Assembly (NCBI RefSeq): GCF_001194135.2
Contig: NC_068983.1
Location: 110,355,908-110,419,907 of the forward strand
DNA length: 64,000 nucleotides
Origin: Octopus bimaculoides
Taxonomy: Eukaryota
Direction of reading: 5' to 3'
Shown: in pieces, positions 23,806-37,341 of the stretch
Layout of the letters: each line of letters begins with the position of its first letter
Numbering within the stretch: position 1 is the first letter of the stretch
Made by a program: the position numbers and the translations under genes
Notes under the pieces: model-generated
Told to the model about the DNA's origin: nothing
Databases searched by the model: none
The model's input: only the letters and a program-made list of their open reading frames with translations

Positions 23806-24660
23806 TAATAGATAAAAGACAACGTGTCTGATGAGACCATATCTTCTATTATCATCCCTACAATTTCAAGTGCTATCTTACGTTCTGTGTTGTATTTTAT
23901 ATTGATGTTTATCTAAAAGCGACTCAATGACTGGATGATCTTCTCTTACAAGTCGATACGGAAGAATTACGACTAACCAAATAACAAAATCGAACAAGAG
24001 AATACTGTATTATGAATCACTTGGACTCTTTCATTTTCCTTCCAGTCTACGTGAAAACTAGAAGTGGCAATACATACATACATACATACATACAATACAT
24101 ACATACAATACATACACACATACATGTATACATAAATACATACATACAAACAAACAATTACTCATACATACACTCACACACAGATACACACACATATATG
24201 TTTGTATATGTATATATGTATATATCAAAATAGAGAAAAATAGCAAGAAAGAAAAAAAGTGTCAATAAACAAGAAGTATGTAGTTCGAGGACGATAAAAT
24301 AAGAGTGAAGATGATTTGGAGAATAAACTGGTTATATCAGCGGAGGACATGATTATTTGTAGAGACGTGAGAAACCACACAGAAAGATTTGTATTTCTAA
24401 TGGATGTGCTTAAGAGTAAGTAAAAGAAAACTATATAATTTGAAAATAAGTTTTCATTCGGTAAAATGTAGCTATAACCCAGTATTTAAGATTCATTATA
24501 ATTAGGGAGTAAACATATTCAATTCAGTAGAAACAGCAGGAAACTTGATGTATTATAAGTGATTGGGTATAAGTGATTGTATTATTGGGTGAGTCGAAAT
24601 AACATTACTGAAACAGCAAGTAGGGTGTCTGGGAAGTATGAGAGCGGAAAGTGAGAAGGA

Positions 24661-24718
24661 AAGATTGAAGAAAATTAGGAATAATAATAATAATAATGAT
24701 AATAATATAATAATAATG

Positions 24719-24808
<90 letters not shown>
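24661..24808 (+). repeat. (AAT)n microsatellite running into an assembly gap
   Basis: Direct reading. Confidence 0.97.
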
Positions 24809-25414
24809 NNNNNNNNNNNNNNNNNNNNNNNNNNNNNNNNNNNNNNNNNNNNNNNNNNNNNNNNNNNNNNNNNNNNNNNNNNNNNNNNNNNNNNNNNNNN
24901 NNNNNNNNNNNNNNNNNNNNNNNNNNNNNNNNNNNNNNNNNNNNNNNNNNNNNNNNNNNNNNNNNNNNNNNNNNNNNNNNNNNNNNNNNNNNNNNNNNNN
25001 NNNNNNNNNNNNNNNNNNNNNNNNNNNNNNNNNNNNNNNNNNNNNNNNNNNNNNNNNNNNNNNNNNNNNNNNNNNNNNNNNNNNNNNNNNNNNNNNNNNN
25101 NNNNNNNNNNNNNNNNNNNNNNNNNNNNNNNNNNNNNNNNNNNNNNNNNNNNNNNNNNNNNNNNNNNNNNNNNNNNNNNNNNNNNNNNNNNNNNNNNNNN
25201 NNNNNNNNNNNNNNNNNNNNNNNNNNNNNNNNNNNNNNNNNNNNNNNNNNNNNNNNNNNNNNNNNNNNNNNNNNNNNNNNNNNNNNNNNNNNNNNNNNNN
25301 NNNNNNNNNNNNNNNNNNNNNNNNNNNNNNNNNNNNNNNNNNNNNNNNNNNNNNNNNNNNNNNNNNNNNNNNNNNNNNNNNNNNNNNNNNNNNNNNNNNN
25401 NNNNNNNNNNNNNN

Positions 25415-26132
25415 AAATTACAAACAGATTAAATAACACCGGTATTATTACACCCAAGAATAACAACCGAGAAGTGCGTACTGTAAGCTTGTTACGAAAA
25501 ACAGACGAAGATCTGAACGTGCAAAACAATCTGACAACAGAAATAAACGAACCGGTACCCTACGAAAACGATGACCGTCAAAATAAAGTACCGGACGTTG
25601 TTCCTCATGTCCCGCAAACAAAACCAAAACGGCATAAATGGACACGTGAGGAATACATTTCGATACTATACGCCTATTTCACAGCAGTGCTCTACCCAAA
25701 AAAAACGAAAACGCAACAACACATACATATATATTATGGAAGAAAAATAATGTAAATATAGACCTCGATAAAACAATGAACCCTAACAAACTAGCTAACA
25801 TAAGAAGATATATTCTAAAAGCAAAAAAAAAATATCAGAAATAGAAATAGAACAATTGAAAGGGAAAATACANNNNNNNNNNCACCACAGACAAACATAT
25901 GAATGAAAAGGAAGGCAAAACAAATATAAAGCCTGGAAATAACGACACCAGGACTTACAAATATATATAACATACAGAAAATTGCACTACTGGGTACTGC
26001 ACACATTCTACGCAAAACACTTTCAATACAGTAAACATGAGAGCACCACAGCAAACCACAGCACATACCCAAGGCGCACAGAGCTGCGCTCGGTAGTGAA
26101 GTGAAAGCACGTTATAAAAATAAAACTACTGA
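25415..26132 (+). mobile_element. R4/Dong-like LINE: 5' ORF start joined to the 3' end across an 11-N gap
   Basis: N-terminal KRHKWTREEYISILYAYFTAVLYP...MNPNKLANIRRYILK. After the gap come the C-terminal IQKIALLGTAHILRKTLSIQ* and the 3' UTR, which ends in (AAT)n. Confidence 0.85.
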
Positions 26133-26134
26133 AC

Positions 26135-26175
<41 letters not shown>
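26133..26175 (+). repeat. (AAT)n array between two RLE LINE pieces
   Basis: Direct reading. Confidence 0.95.
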
Positions 26176-26179
<4 letters not shown>

Positions 26180-26715
26180 ATCCCACGACAAGTGATACAA
26201 GCACCATCTAGAGGACGTAGTGAATGTCGAGGACATCACCATCCATTGAAACTTCCCAATACAAACAGAAAGAAAAATTGATTCCAATCTAACAGACATT
26301 GTGATCAAGGACTACAACAGAGGAACTTATCTGTCAATAGATATGTCTGTTCCACACGATCAAAATGTCCCAAGAAAAGAATACGATAAGTTTTCTCACT
26401 ATAAATATCTGCAAATTAAAATCACAAAAATGTGGAAGCTTGTACTACGATAATACCAGAAGTAATTAGTACGTTGGGAGCTGAGAAGTATATTAAGCAA
26501 CTCCCTGGTAACTGCAATCTCCGTGAACTACAAGAGATAACCTTGAATGGTACAGCCCGTATACAATGGAAAGCACTCTCCATCTAAAATGGAATGAATG
26601 TGGTGATGATTTTAACATGCATTGCAAAACAAAAGTGCCCTTGCTACTCTTGGCCTCCGGAGGATGCCCAGTACTAAGGCAGCAGAAATAAAGTTATAAT
26701 GAAAAGAAACCATAA
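26176..26715 (+). mobile_element. RLE LINE 3' fragment (nuclease domain and 3' UTR), second subfamily
   Basis: NFPIQTERKIDSNLTDIVIKDYNRGTYLSIDMSVPHDQNVPRKEYDKFSHYKYLQIKITKMWK...EKYIKQLPGNCNLRELQEITLNGTARIQWKALSI*. Confidence 0.87.
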
Positions 26716-26727
26716 ATGATGATGATA

Positions 26728-26765
<38 letters not shown>

Positions 26766-26777
26766 AATAATAATAAT
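26716..26777 (+). repeat. (GAT)n(AAT)n tail
   Basis: Direct reading. Confidence 0.95.
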
Positions 26778-28955
26778 GTGTATTTACGTCATACGCGCAG
26801 AACACAGTTCTTCTACGTCATTCGTGTCGGTTGCCCTTCATTGCCCCTATTTTCTGAATAATGGGTCAGCACATGCAGAAAATGTTAGCGAACATCTTTG
26901 GTAAACAGACATATGACCAATTTACCAGATTCTTCGAGTAGTTGAAGCTGTACATTAATATTATTTATGAATCTAGGAAGTCTGGAAGAATTACTTACAA
27001 GAGGTAGTGTTTGATAGAAGTTGAATATTCTAATAATATCGTTGCTTTAAAATGTGATGCTGAACAGTGATTACTTTGAACAAGTGGGCACTTCTTGTGT
27101 ATTTCACCATCTATATCATAATGGAAAAAGATGCTTATAAATTTGTAAGCAGTATGTAGTTTTTATTTCTGAAAGCAATTATCAAAGTCCACACTGTTTA
27201 CAAAATGCTTTAAAATTCCAATTTTAATATAATTTCGAATTAACGTGGTTTTTATGTTACTTTTGTTATTGAAGATTTCAACAAGATTTAATTTTAATTC
27301 ACTACAAAACAAAATCTTAACATGCAGCATTTTGAAAGTCTTATTTTCTTGTCTCTGTGTCTTTATATTTATACGTTGCATCTATTCCTCTTATCCCTTT
27401 TCTTTCTCTATCCTTATAAAATTTCCCCTCTTACTTTTAACTCCAGTTTCTTTCCTTGCCACACTGTTTGTCTCTCTCAACCGCCTCTACAGCGTTGTTA
27501 TAATTACAAAGAAGTGATAACAATATTTTTCTTTTTCTTTACCGCCTCTATTCGGATTATTCTATTACTTTCTCTATCCTAATAATTTTCCCTCACTCTT
27601 ATGCTTTTTAATGAATTACTCTTCTCTCTTTTCTCCCTTTTTTTTTTGCATCACTTTTCGTTTTCATTTTAGTTAGCCTTTCTCTATGACTTTCTTTATA
27701 ACTTTCCCTCACAGGATTAAATACAATTTTTTCCATTTCGTCTCTCTCTCTCCCTTCCCCCTCTCTCTCAGCTCTGCGTCTTTTCAATTGATTTCATTAA
27801 AAATAAGTGATTATAGATTTTTTTCTTTGGGTTAATTTGAAAATATTTGTCAAATGTTTTACTCTATATTTATCGTTAGAAAAGTACATAGAAATTATAT
27901 ATTTCAAATTTCATTTGGTTATATGTAAATGTGCAGTCCACATTTGATTAGAACTTTATTAACGAAAACTCCGGGTTAATTTCTATGCCTTCGTTGTGGA
28001 TTTGGCGTTTATTGTTAGGTATTATATTGACCTCGCTTAATGTAGTGATTAAAATATAATAAAATAATAGCAGTAAGATTTGTTGATGTACATTCTACAT
28101 CTCATTCTTTACAAACCTACCCCTAACACCTACCAGCACTTTATCCCAAACTGAGCCAGAGCTATATCTACATGCTCAGCAGATCATTTTTGTCTATATA
28201 TTCAATTTGTTTTTACTCTACATTTTAAATTTGATTTATTCGTTGCTCCAAACTACATTCACTATTCAACGTAACCTGAATATCAAGTTAGTTAATTGTT
28301 TTCTCTCCTAGAATTTCTCCTTTCTTTACCTTTTACTCTTCGTCTACTAATATAGCACTAGATCATTATTAGTAATATATCTTCAGACTTGTTATTTCTA
28401 GTTTATGAATCTTCTTTATTTAATTACAAACTCTGGATTATAATTGCATTGTACGTAATGAAAACTGCCATGTTTTAAATTTCATATTTCTAGACCTACA
28501 TTATTTACTAGTAAAATCATCTTCAGTGTTTCTCACATTTCTACACAGAAGTAATATTGCCCTATATATGCTATTATCTAATTTTTGCATGGTCTTTTAT
28601 TATGTTGATCTAAGCAACAGCTATTAAATTATAATGTTTCCTCTCTTTCTCACTCTTTCAGAATCTAAATATAATTCTTTCTCGAACTTCTGAAGCAGCA
28701 GCTCTTATCTTTCTACCACAAATTCTTCTACCCCTAATACAACTAGCAGTCATTTATTTAAAAAGATACCGTTGTCATCTTCTTTATATGTATTTATATA
28801 TAATTTCAATTTGGCCGACAGCTCATCTAATATTTTTAACTACGTATTTCATCAATTGAGCCAAATCTCTTATTCGCTCGAGAAACTCATTTAGAGTGAC
28901 GCATGTGATCATCAGTGACGAATCATATTAATATCAGTCTCTTACATAATATCCC

Positions 28956-28967
<12 letters not shown>

Positions 28968-29044
<77 letters not shown>

Positions 29045-29095
29045 GTGCGTGCGTGCGTGTGTGTGTGCGTGTGTCTGAGTGTGTGAGTGCGTGTG
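28968..29095. repeat. (GT)n microsatellite
   Basis: Direct reading. Confidence 0.97.
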
Positions 29096-30159
29096 CAAAA
29101 AAAGAAAAAACAATAAAAACATAAGATGCTTTACACTATGCAACATCCAAAGTATCATTGTTCATGCTGTAAATTTTACCGATATCTGCATTATTTCACA
29201 GTGTTTCAGAGCCAGTAACTGAAACGGCGGTTGATTCAACCGATAGAACTTCGACGAAAACTCATTAACGGATGTAACCATGTTTACATACTTATTAGTT
29301 TCATAAGAACATGTTTTTATTCAATATATAATTGACTTAAAAAATAAAGCCTTTCATTTAAATTTTACATTATTAATTATCTATCAGTGAATCAATATTT
29401 ATGAAAACATTTGATGACATGGATCATATGCTTGTGAATGTGATCAAAAGCATTCACATATTTTATGATTTCATTCCATAAACCCAAAAAGGGATGTCCT
29501 TCCTGCTATATACACAGGTTTACTTGATTTATATCAAGAGACTATTCCTTAATTACTGTAATTATTCTGCTACACTTCTCCTCACAATCTAATTACATTT
29601 AGATATATGACAGTTATTATTCAGATCTGCGAACGATATACATCAAGTAGCAGTCGTAGGAGTATGTTCAAATTCATCAGCTGATACTCCCTAAGTGAAC
29701 TGTAATATTCATCGTATGATTAAAGCACAACCTTCTGAAAACATTTCAGGTAGAAGAGATGGCATAAACTCGTTCGCAATAACATTTTGTTTTATTAATT
29801 ATTGTGTGTCAACACTGTTTAATATTCCCAACGTTTCAGATAAATGGAAATTATTAATAACTGCCAAGTGTTAAAGAAGATTAAATGGCAACCAGAATAC
29901 AAACGTTTCATGTTTAGGTCGTGCAGGGATTAAAGTTAACATTACCCCAGCGAAGAACGAAAATATCCAAACAACTTAATATTAAAACTCTTAGTTTACT
30001 GTGTATACCACTCCAAACCTAGAAGATACGTGGTCCTGTTTAAGAAGGAACCATAAAATATACAGGTTAAAAGCTTTGTTGATTAGTGCTTGTAATATCT
30101 TTACTCACTCAAAGTGTATAATATTGCCAACGCATTTAATGTTATTCTTAAAATTAATG

Positions 30160-30345
30160 TGGTGAGCAGGTAGAATCGTTAACACGCCGGACAAAACGCT
30201 TAGGGACATGTTCGTCCTTACATTCTGTGTACACATTAGGCTGAGGCTACCATTGCCTTTCATCCATTCGGAGTCGATGCGATAAGTACCAGTTGAGCAC
30301 TGGAGTCGATGTAATCGACTATCCCTTCCCACAAATTTTGAGTCA
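30160..30345 (+). mobile_element. tRNA-derived SINE (octopus-type)
   Basis: Head ggtgagcaggtagaatcgttaacacgccgg, central gcctttcatccattcggagtcgat...taagtaccagttgagcactggagtcgatgtaatcgact. Same family as 60113-60337. Confidence 0.82.
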
Positions 30346-31502
30346 CTTCGCTGCTTTGAAGAAATACAGACTCCTTAAAAGTTTGCACTCTCTTTTCACT
30401 ATATATTCATTGCTGTCTGTGAATATTTTAGTCTTCAATGTTAGTCACTACATATTTCTTATATTTCTTGAAAAAAAAAATAGATGTACAACCCATACAA
30501 TGATGAATTTAGGTAGAAGCAAACAAGTGTTAGTTATTGATCAATTAGAATGTTTGATTAGTGTTTGAGGTTAGCTTTAAATGCTCATTTGTAAAATGTC
30601 CCTTCAGAAAATTAATAAACAGATATTGTTGAACTATTATTATAGAGATCAAAGTTAGATTCAGCCTACATATAGCATAAACAATTTTAAGTGCATGATT
30701 TCAATTACATTGATTCTGTTTGAGTCACTTGGAAATATATGCATTTGTGTTAGTGTCATGAAAATGCCTGGCCTCTGATTTTGATAGAAATGCGGAGAAA
30801 AAAGGAATAAACGAAGCTATTAAATATTTTGGGGTAATTAATTATCGGTTTTACTTTGAACTTCTAGCCATGTGTGCATGCCATATGGCAGCTTGATCAA
30901 ACAACTCTTCTTTTAGATCGAATCTATGAGATAGACATTTCTGAACCTTAAACTATTTTGGCATTAAGAGAAACTAGCCCTTTAATGTCCATTCATTATT
31001 TTTACAAATATACGTTTATTATTTTTTTTACTTATATTTCATTCTTTAATTTGTTGCCTATAATTCAGTCGTTAAAGCGTATACATCTTTACAACTACTC
31101 CGGTTAAAATTATTTCAGTCTTCTATTCCTTTACCTTACATACTTTATTGCAATTTCTTTTTCCCGAACTAAGTTTCTAAATTGATATAAATCTTTGACG
31201 ATAATAAGGCATGCAATCTTCTAAGAGTGATATTTCATTCAACTTCTCTGATATTTAATGTCATGCAAATAAATTTTCTTTACCACAGCTTTACTCTCAG
31301 ACTGCTAGAATGCTTAGGATTGAAGTTTCTATTCCTAAACATAAAAATATATACGCGTTTTCATCTAAACGTAATTTATATTCTTGGCATGGACACACAG
31401 TCACATATTTTCGCCATGTTAGATGAATATATACGTACAAATTACTTACATGTAAAAAATAATCATACTTATTATTGAGCCGAATTTAATTATACATATA
31501 TA

Positions 31503-32770
31503 TTAGTTTGTCAAGAAAGTTCTTGCGGAATTGTTAATTTTGGTTTTAAATGATGTATTTTCAAATTAATTTTCGTTAAATTACTTTGACTTTATATACC
31601 ATTTTAAAGTCCGTTTTTCGCTCTATCTAATCGCGTTACTCTTTTTCTTTTCGTATAATTAGGTCATTATTTCTGGACGTTGAATACAACATGGACAAAA
31701 AGTAGATTCGCACAATTATCTTATTCCAGTTCAAGCTAGGCTGAAAAGCTGCTGAAACAGCTCGCTATATCAACGACACGTTTGGCCCAGGAACCACTAA
31801 TGAAGGTACAGCGGTGATGAGAGTCTTGAAGATAATAAGCGTAGTGGTAGGCCATCGGATGTTGACAACGATCAACTAAGAGCCTTAGTGGAAGCCAATC
31901 CACGCACAACTGTTCGAGAGCTTGCTTCTAAATTAGACGTAACGCACACGACAATTTCCAACTACTTGAAAGAGATTGGAAAAACAAAAATACTTGAGAA
32001 ATGGGTGCCGCACGAATTGAACGACAACCCCCCCAAAAAACTCCGTTTTGAAGCGTCATATTCCCTTCTTTTATGCAACAAGAACGATCCGTTTCTCAAC
32101 CGGATTGTGACTTACGATGAAAGGTGGATTCTTTACGNNNNNNNNNNNNNNNNNNNNNNNNNNGCTCAGTGGTTGGACGCCGATGAAGCTCCACGGCACT
32201 TCCCGAAGCCAAAGTTGCACCAAAAGAAGGTCATGGTGACTGTTTGGTGATCTGTGTCCGGTCTCATCTATCACAGGTTTTTGGATCCAGGTGAAACCAT
32301 TACAGCGAAGTACTGTCAGGAAAATGGATGAAATGCATAAAAAACTCCGACAACAACAGCTAGCATTGGTCAACAGAAAAGGACCAATTTTTCTCCACGA
32401 CAACGCTCGGCCGTACGTCACACAACTGACCCTGCACAAGTTGAACGAATTGGGCTACGAAACTCAGTCTTATCCGTCATACTCACCCGACCTCTCGCCT
32501 ACCGACTACCACTTTTTTAAGCATCTCGACAACTTCCTGCGTGTGAAATGCTTCAAAAACCAAGACGATGCCAAACACGCCTTCAACGACTTCATCGCCT
32601 TAAAAACGCAGGATTTTTTATGCTACTGGCATAAATAAACTTGTTTCGCGTTGGCAAAAGTGTTTTGATTCTGATGATGTTTATTTCGATTTATAATGTT
32701 TTGTTTCAGCCGAGATATGTGCATCTGAATTTAAAGATTAAAAACTGCAAGGACTTTCTTGACAACCTAA
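31503..32770 (+). mobile_element. Full-length mariner element (cecropia/Hsmar1-like), ~1.27 kb, with TIRs
   Basis: The left TIR ta|ttagtttgtcaagaaagttcttgc matches the reverse complement of the right end gcaaggactttcttgacaacctaa. Confidence 0.93.
31691..32696 (+). pseudogene. Mariner transposase pseudogene (D,D34D family)
   Basis: MDKK*IRTIILFQFKLG...RSGRPSDVDNDQLRALVEANPRTTVRELA...WVPHEL...IVTYDERWILY...HDNARPY...YSPDLSPTDYHFFKHLDNFL, with stops and frameshifts. Confidence 0.93.
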
Positions 32771-33481
32771 GATATATGTGTGTGTGTGTGTGTGTGTGCG
32801 TGCGTGTGTGTGTATATACGCAAAGCGTGCGCGTTGTCGTTTGCGCAGAGGCACACTCCGACGCGCGCGCACACACATATACATGTGTAGATATAAATAT
32901 GAGTCTGCGTTTCTATTTGTGTGTGTATGTCTGCGTGTGTGCGTAAGGATGTTGATTCCCATCAATTTCGCAAATGTATATTTCCGTTCTGCGATAAACG
33001 GATCTAGTTCCTCATTTAATTAATTGTCGCTAAACAACTAGATATTCTATATAGTTCTACTTCTATCTTAATTCTCAAGCAGAATCAGATGGACAATATG
33101 TTTAACATAGCTCACCACTTGTCATTCAGATGCAATTTATGCCACGATATTCCTTAGTTTCTGCCTACTTAATATCAGTCAAATGACTCGCTTCTACCAA
33201 AGACTATCGAGGCAAAATAGAATAATTACTTAGATTTAGCTAACTCGTTAATAAAATATTTCATTTCAGATGTTATTGCATCCACACCTTTCTATAAGGT
33301 TGCATTTCTCTTGCGTATATTTATAATTCACTCTTCAGTTTCATATATTTATGATTTGTAATAGTTGGTTTTGGTCTTATATGGCTTAATTCTAGATACA
33401 GCAAATTAGAGATTGGCTATTTGCATAACACACGATAAAGTAATTTAAGTTGTTAGAATAAAACTTACCACACAGTGTTAG

Positions 33482-33655
33482 AAGGAGATGAGGTAGCAGA
33501 ATCGTTAGCCCGCTTTACGTTCCACTAAGGTCAATTTTGCCTTTCCTCCTTTTGGGGTTGATAAAATAAGTACCAAGAGAGCACTGCTATCGATATAATC
33601 GACTTAACGTCCTTCGAAATTGCTGGCTGTGTGCCAAAATTTGAAACAAATATTA
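33482..33655 (+). mobile_element. tRNA-derived SINE, internally deleted
   Basis: gaggtagcagaatcgttagc...aaggtcaattttgcctttcctccttttggggttgataaaataagtacca...tcgatataatcgacttaa...gtgccaaaatttgaaac. Confidence 0.78.
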
Positions 33656-35259
33656 CTTCGTGTTATCCTATATGATATGTGAATCTATAATACTTCAAAT
33701 GCAACGCTGTTTAAAATTACCAAGCTCTTAGTGAAAGTCATATATTCAGTAAGACATGCAATATTAGCGAATAACACTTGTTAATACACTCGTCATAACA
33801 AGCATTCTAGCACATGTGAAATCTATGCACATTTACGTACCGCGGCATTCCATTCTTGGCTTATATATTTGGTCTATTAAGATTGATGTTTTTTTATTAG
33901 AGGAAGCTAATAAAATGGTTTCCAATTTTGGCACAAGGCCAGCCAGGCAGTTAATACAATGTGATATGAATTACATCTCTTTATAATTGCAATCTTACAC
34001 AGTTATTTTGTTTGAACTAAACATTTGCATATTTTTCAGAAAGAATGTAAACAGTAAAACTAGATTAATATTCTGATTATTATATTTTAGCAGTATTTAA
34101 AAGAAAGTTAAATATAGCTTTTAGTATCTTACAATACATTTTCTTGGACTAATTGCATTTTTTTGGCAATGTGTGGTATAGATATATTTTCAATACTTTG
34201 TAAACAAAGGCCTTTGTATATGCGACTGCACATTGAACCGAAGTTACTTGGTCTAAACAAAACAACTGACTCCTCACACACACGGAAAGTACTTGCAATT
34301 AAGTTAAACAGATTGTAAGAACTTGTTGTTAGTGCTGTCTGTTATAGTTTTCATTTCTGTTAGAGCTTATCATGAAGACCTATGCTAAAGGATTTCTTGC
34401 CGTGATCATTCTGTACAATATACAAGTATTTTGGTGTAAAACTATATTGTCAAATTTAGGGCGTTTGGGTGTAACATGAATAAGATTTGTCACTATCCAT
34501 GAAATATCAAGCTACTATGAAGTGATCCATCGTCGGTTCTAATGCTAGTTATTTCCTCTGTGTGCAAAGGAGAAAAAATATTTCTGGAATTTAGAAACAA
34601 ATCTCCGAAACTCAGGAATGTAATGGTACTTTTTCTGTTCACAGCAAATATACGTGAAAATATCAAACTCCTGTAAATTTGTGAGACAATACCTGAACCG
34701 TATTTTGAAACAATTCTGCAATGTTCTTTGGTTTAACCCTAAGTCTAAGTGTTACGCTTCTAATGTTTGTCCTGAAAAACGCTAACTAATGAGACTTGAC
34801 ATTTCAACAGTCGCAATACAGTGAATCGAATCAATCTAATGCATAACCGACATATTTCTTCAGGAGCGAATTCTACCTGACACCAGAGGTGTCACAGCTA
34901 GTGATAGCAACAACTAACTCGGTCATCAAGTGATAGCTATTTACAAACCGGCAGAGTACTCCTTGAATTGGTATCTAATTGCAATTAATAAAAAGTATTG
35001 GTATTAAAAAGAATTCAGGTAAATTTTCACCAAACAGTCACATTAGAACTTTACTGTAGCGGAAATTTTGTGGGAAATATAGATTTATGCTAAAATGATT
35101 TTCTACACTATAGCAGCAACAGTTGTAGTAGTTGTTGTAGTAGTACTAGTAGTAGTAATAGTAGTTGTTGGAATAGTAGTAATTGTTGTAGTAGTAGTAA
35201 TGATTAATTACTAAAAATAAAAATAACATTACTATAAGTGATGTTGGTAATTAAAGAAT

Positions 35260-35428
<169 letters not shown>

Positions 35429-36603
35429 TTGACAAACAATAGACCATCTCTTGTATATGGATGACATAAAGATTTCCCTAAAAATATTATGGAACAGAGA
35501 AACCTTCTAAAGATTGTCCATAGTTTCAGCAAGGACATTGGGATTAGTGTGGGGTTGGACAAATGTGCCAAAATGACACTGAGAATAGACGAATTAATCA
35601 GCACTGAAAATGCTGCACTTGACATAGACACGAAATCATAAAATTAGTCCACAATAGTCCATGAGAATATCTAGGTGTAGATGAATTAGCTAAAATACAA
35701 CGCACAGAAATGAAAGAGAAATTAGGAGAGAGTTTTACAGAAGAGCTAGACTAATATTAAACACTGAACTGAATGCTAAAAATAAGATAATAAGGTTAAA
35801 CACGCTCGCAATACTAGTCATAAATTACAACGTAAATACAATAACCTTGAAGATCAGTAAATTGAGAAACTTAGAAGACCGAGTAAACTATTAACAGCAT
35901 ACCGAAGTTCCCACCCCAAAGCAGACGCACACAGAATATATGTACCCTGCTCAGAAGGACGCCGTGGCCTGACATAGATAAAGAACTGTTATAAAATAAC
36001 ACTTGGACTAGAAAAGTACTTAGAAACAAAAAAAAAAAAGTGGAAGAGTACTCTATGAAGTAAAGCAACACGAGAAAAAACTCCTTTCTTTATACACAGA
36101 ATTGGAGAAATTGTCAAAGTACAAAGACCTCGAAATTAAAGTATTCAAGGTGAGGAGCATGAAAGTGAAAACAATACCAGTAATGATTGGATCATTGAGC
36201 ATGATAAAAAACATATGAATAAAAACGTAGAAACTATAACTGGATCCTCAACAAAAAAAAAGAACCGTGCTAGGAACAGCCTACATACTACGCAAGACAC
36301 TATCAATTCAATAATACAACTTAAACAAGACAATCCACAGTCACAGTACACACTCTATACAACAGATACCCAACGAAATAAACTACCATCAGCAAGCCGT
36401 ATAGCCAAGGCATTGCACAAACAACACAATACAAAGCACTAATACAACAAAAGACTGCATCACACCTCATAATAAAAGAAACTGACGAAATACAATACCG
36501 GGAAGAGTTTTCACACTTCCAACAAGACAAAAGAACACACCCCAACTACACGGAGGTGTAGCATGTGATGCAGTAGAAATTTGCCTGAAACTACTAAAAG
36601 TTG
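35429..36603 (+). mobile_element. R4/Dong-like LINE: RT core piece fused to the nuclease C-terminus and 3' UTR (internal deletion near 36.1 kb)
   Basis: TIDHLLYMDDIKIFPKN...KIVHSFSKDIGISVGLDKCAK...HPKADAHRIYVP...GRRGL, then ELEKLSKYKDLEIK...TIPVMIG...LGTAYILRKTLSIQ*. Confidence 0.88.
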
Positions 36604-36604
36604 A

Positions 36605-36613
36605 CTGCTACTG

Positions 36614-36674
<61 letters not shown>

Positions 36675-36675
36675 A

Positions 36676-36740
<65 letters not shown>
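36605..36740 (+). repeat. (CTA)n/(CTG)n microsatellite tail
   Basis: Direct reading. Confidence 0.97.
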
Positions 36741-37341
36741 AGATCAAAGCTCCTTCCCGAATCACAGGCGTGGTAATTGTTCGTAGCAAGATTACTTATT
36801 TTTGCTTGCTAAGTGGACTGCAGGAACGTGAAATGAAGTTATTTGTTAAAAAAAAAAAGACATTCAGCGGTTCATTAATTGAAACTACAATCTTACGACA
36901 ATGTGCACAAAACCTTAAGCACTAAACAACAAGAACAAGCACAGCAATAATAAAAAGGATATGATTTGGGAGATGGAGTGGGAGTGGTTAACCACGTACT
37001 CTACATGAACAATTTAAAGCTTTATGGGGAAAATGAAGATCAACTTGGCACACTGGTGAACACAGCAACAATTTTCAGTAATTATAGAGACAAGAAATTT
37101 AGTATCAATTAACGCACCATTTTCATACCAAAGAGGGGAAAGGTAAAGCAGAGTCAAGGACTTAAACTGGGAGAAAGTCAGGAATACAATTATTTGGGAT
37201 GTCATTATAAGTCCGAATGTTTGATGCACGTTCGAAATGGGAAACAAGTTACTCACTGCGTTTCATCACGGAGAATAGAACACGCTTGTTGGCAATTGGT
37301 GTGTATACACTTAGCTCAGCTCGCAGCGCCATCTTCCAAGA

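Noticed and set aside
23825-23850. Plus-strand CTGATGAG next to the Chapaev end
   Set aside because: No downstream stem II or GAAA, so this is a chance match.
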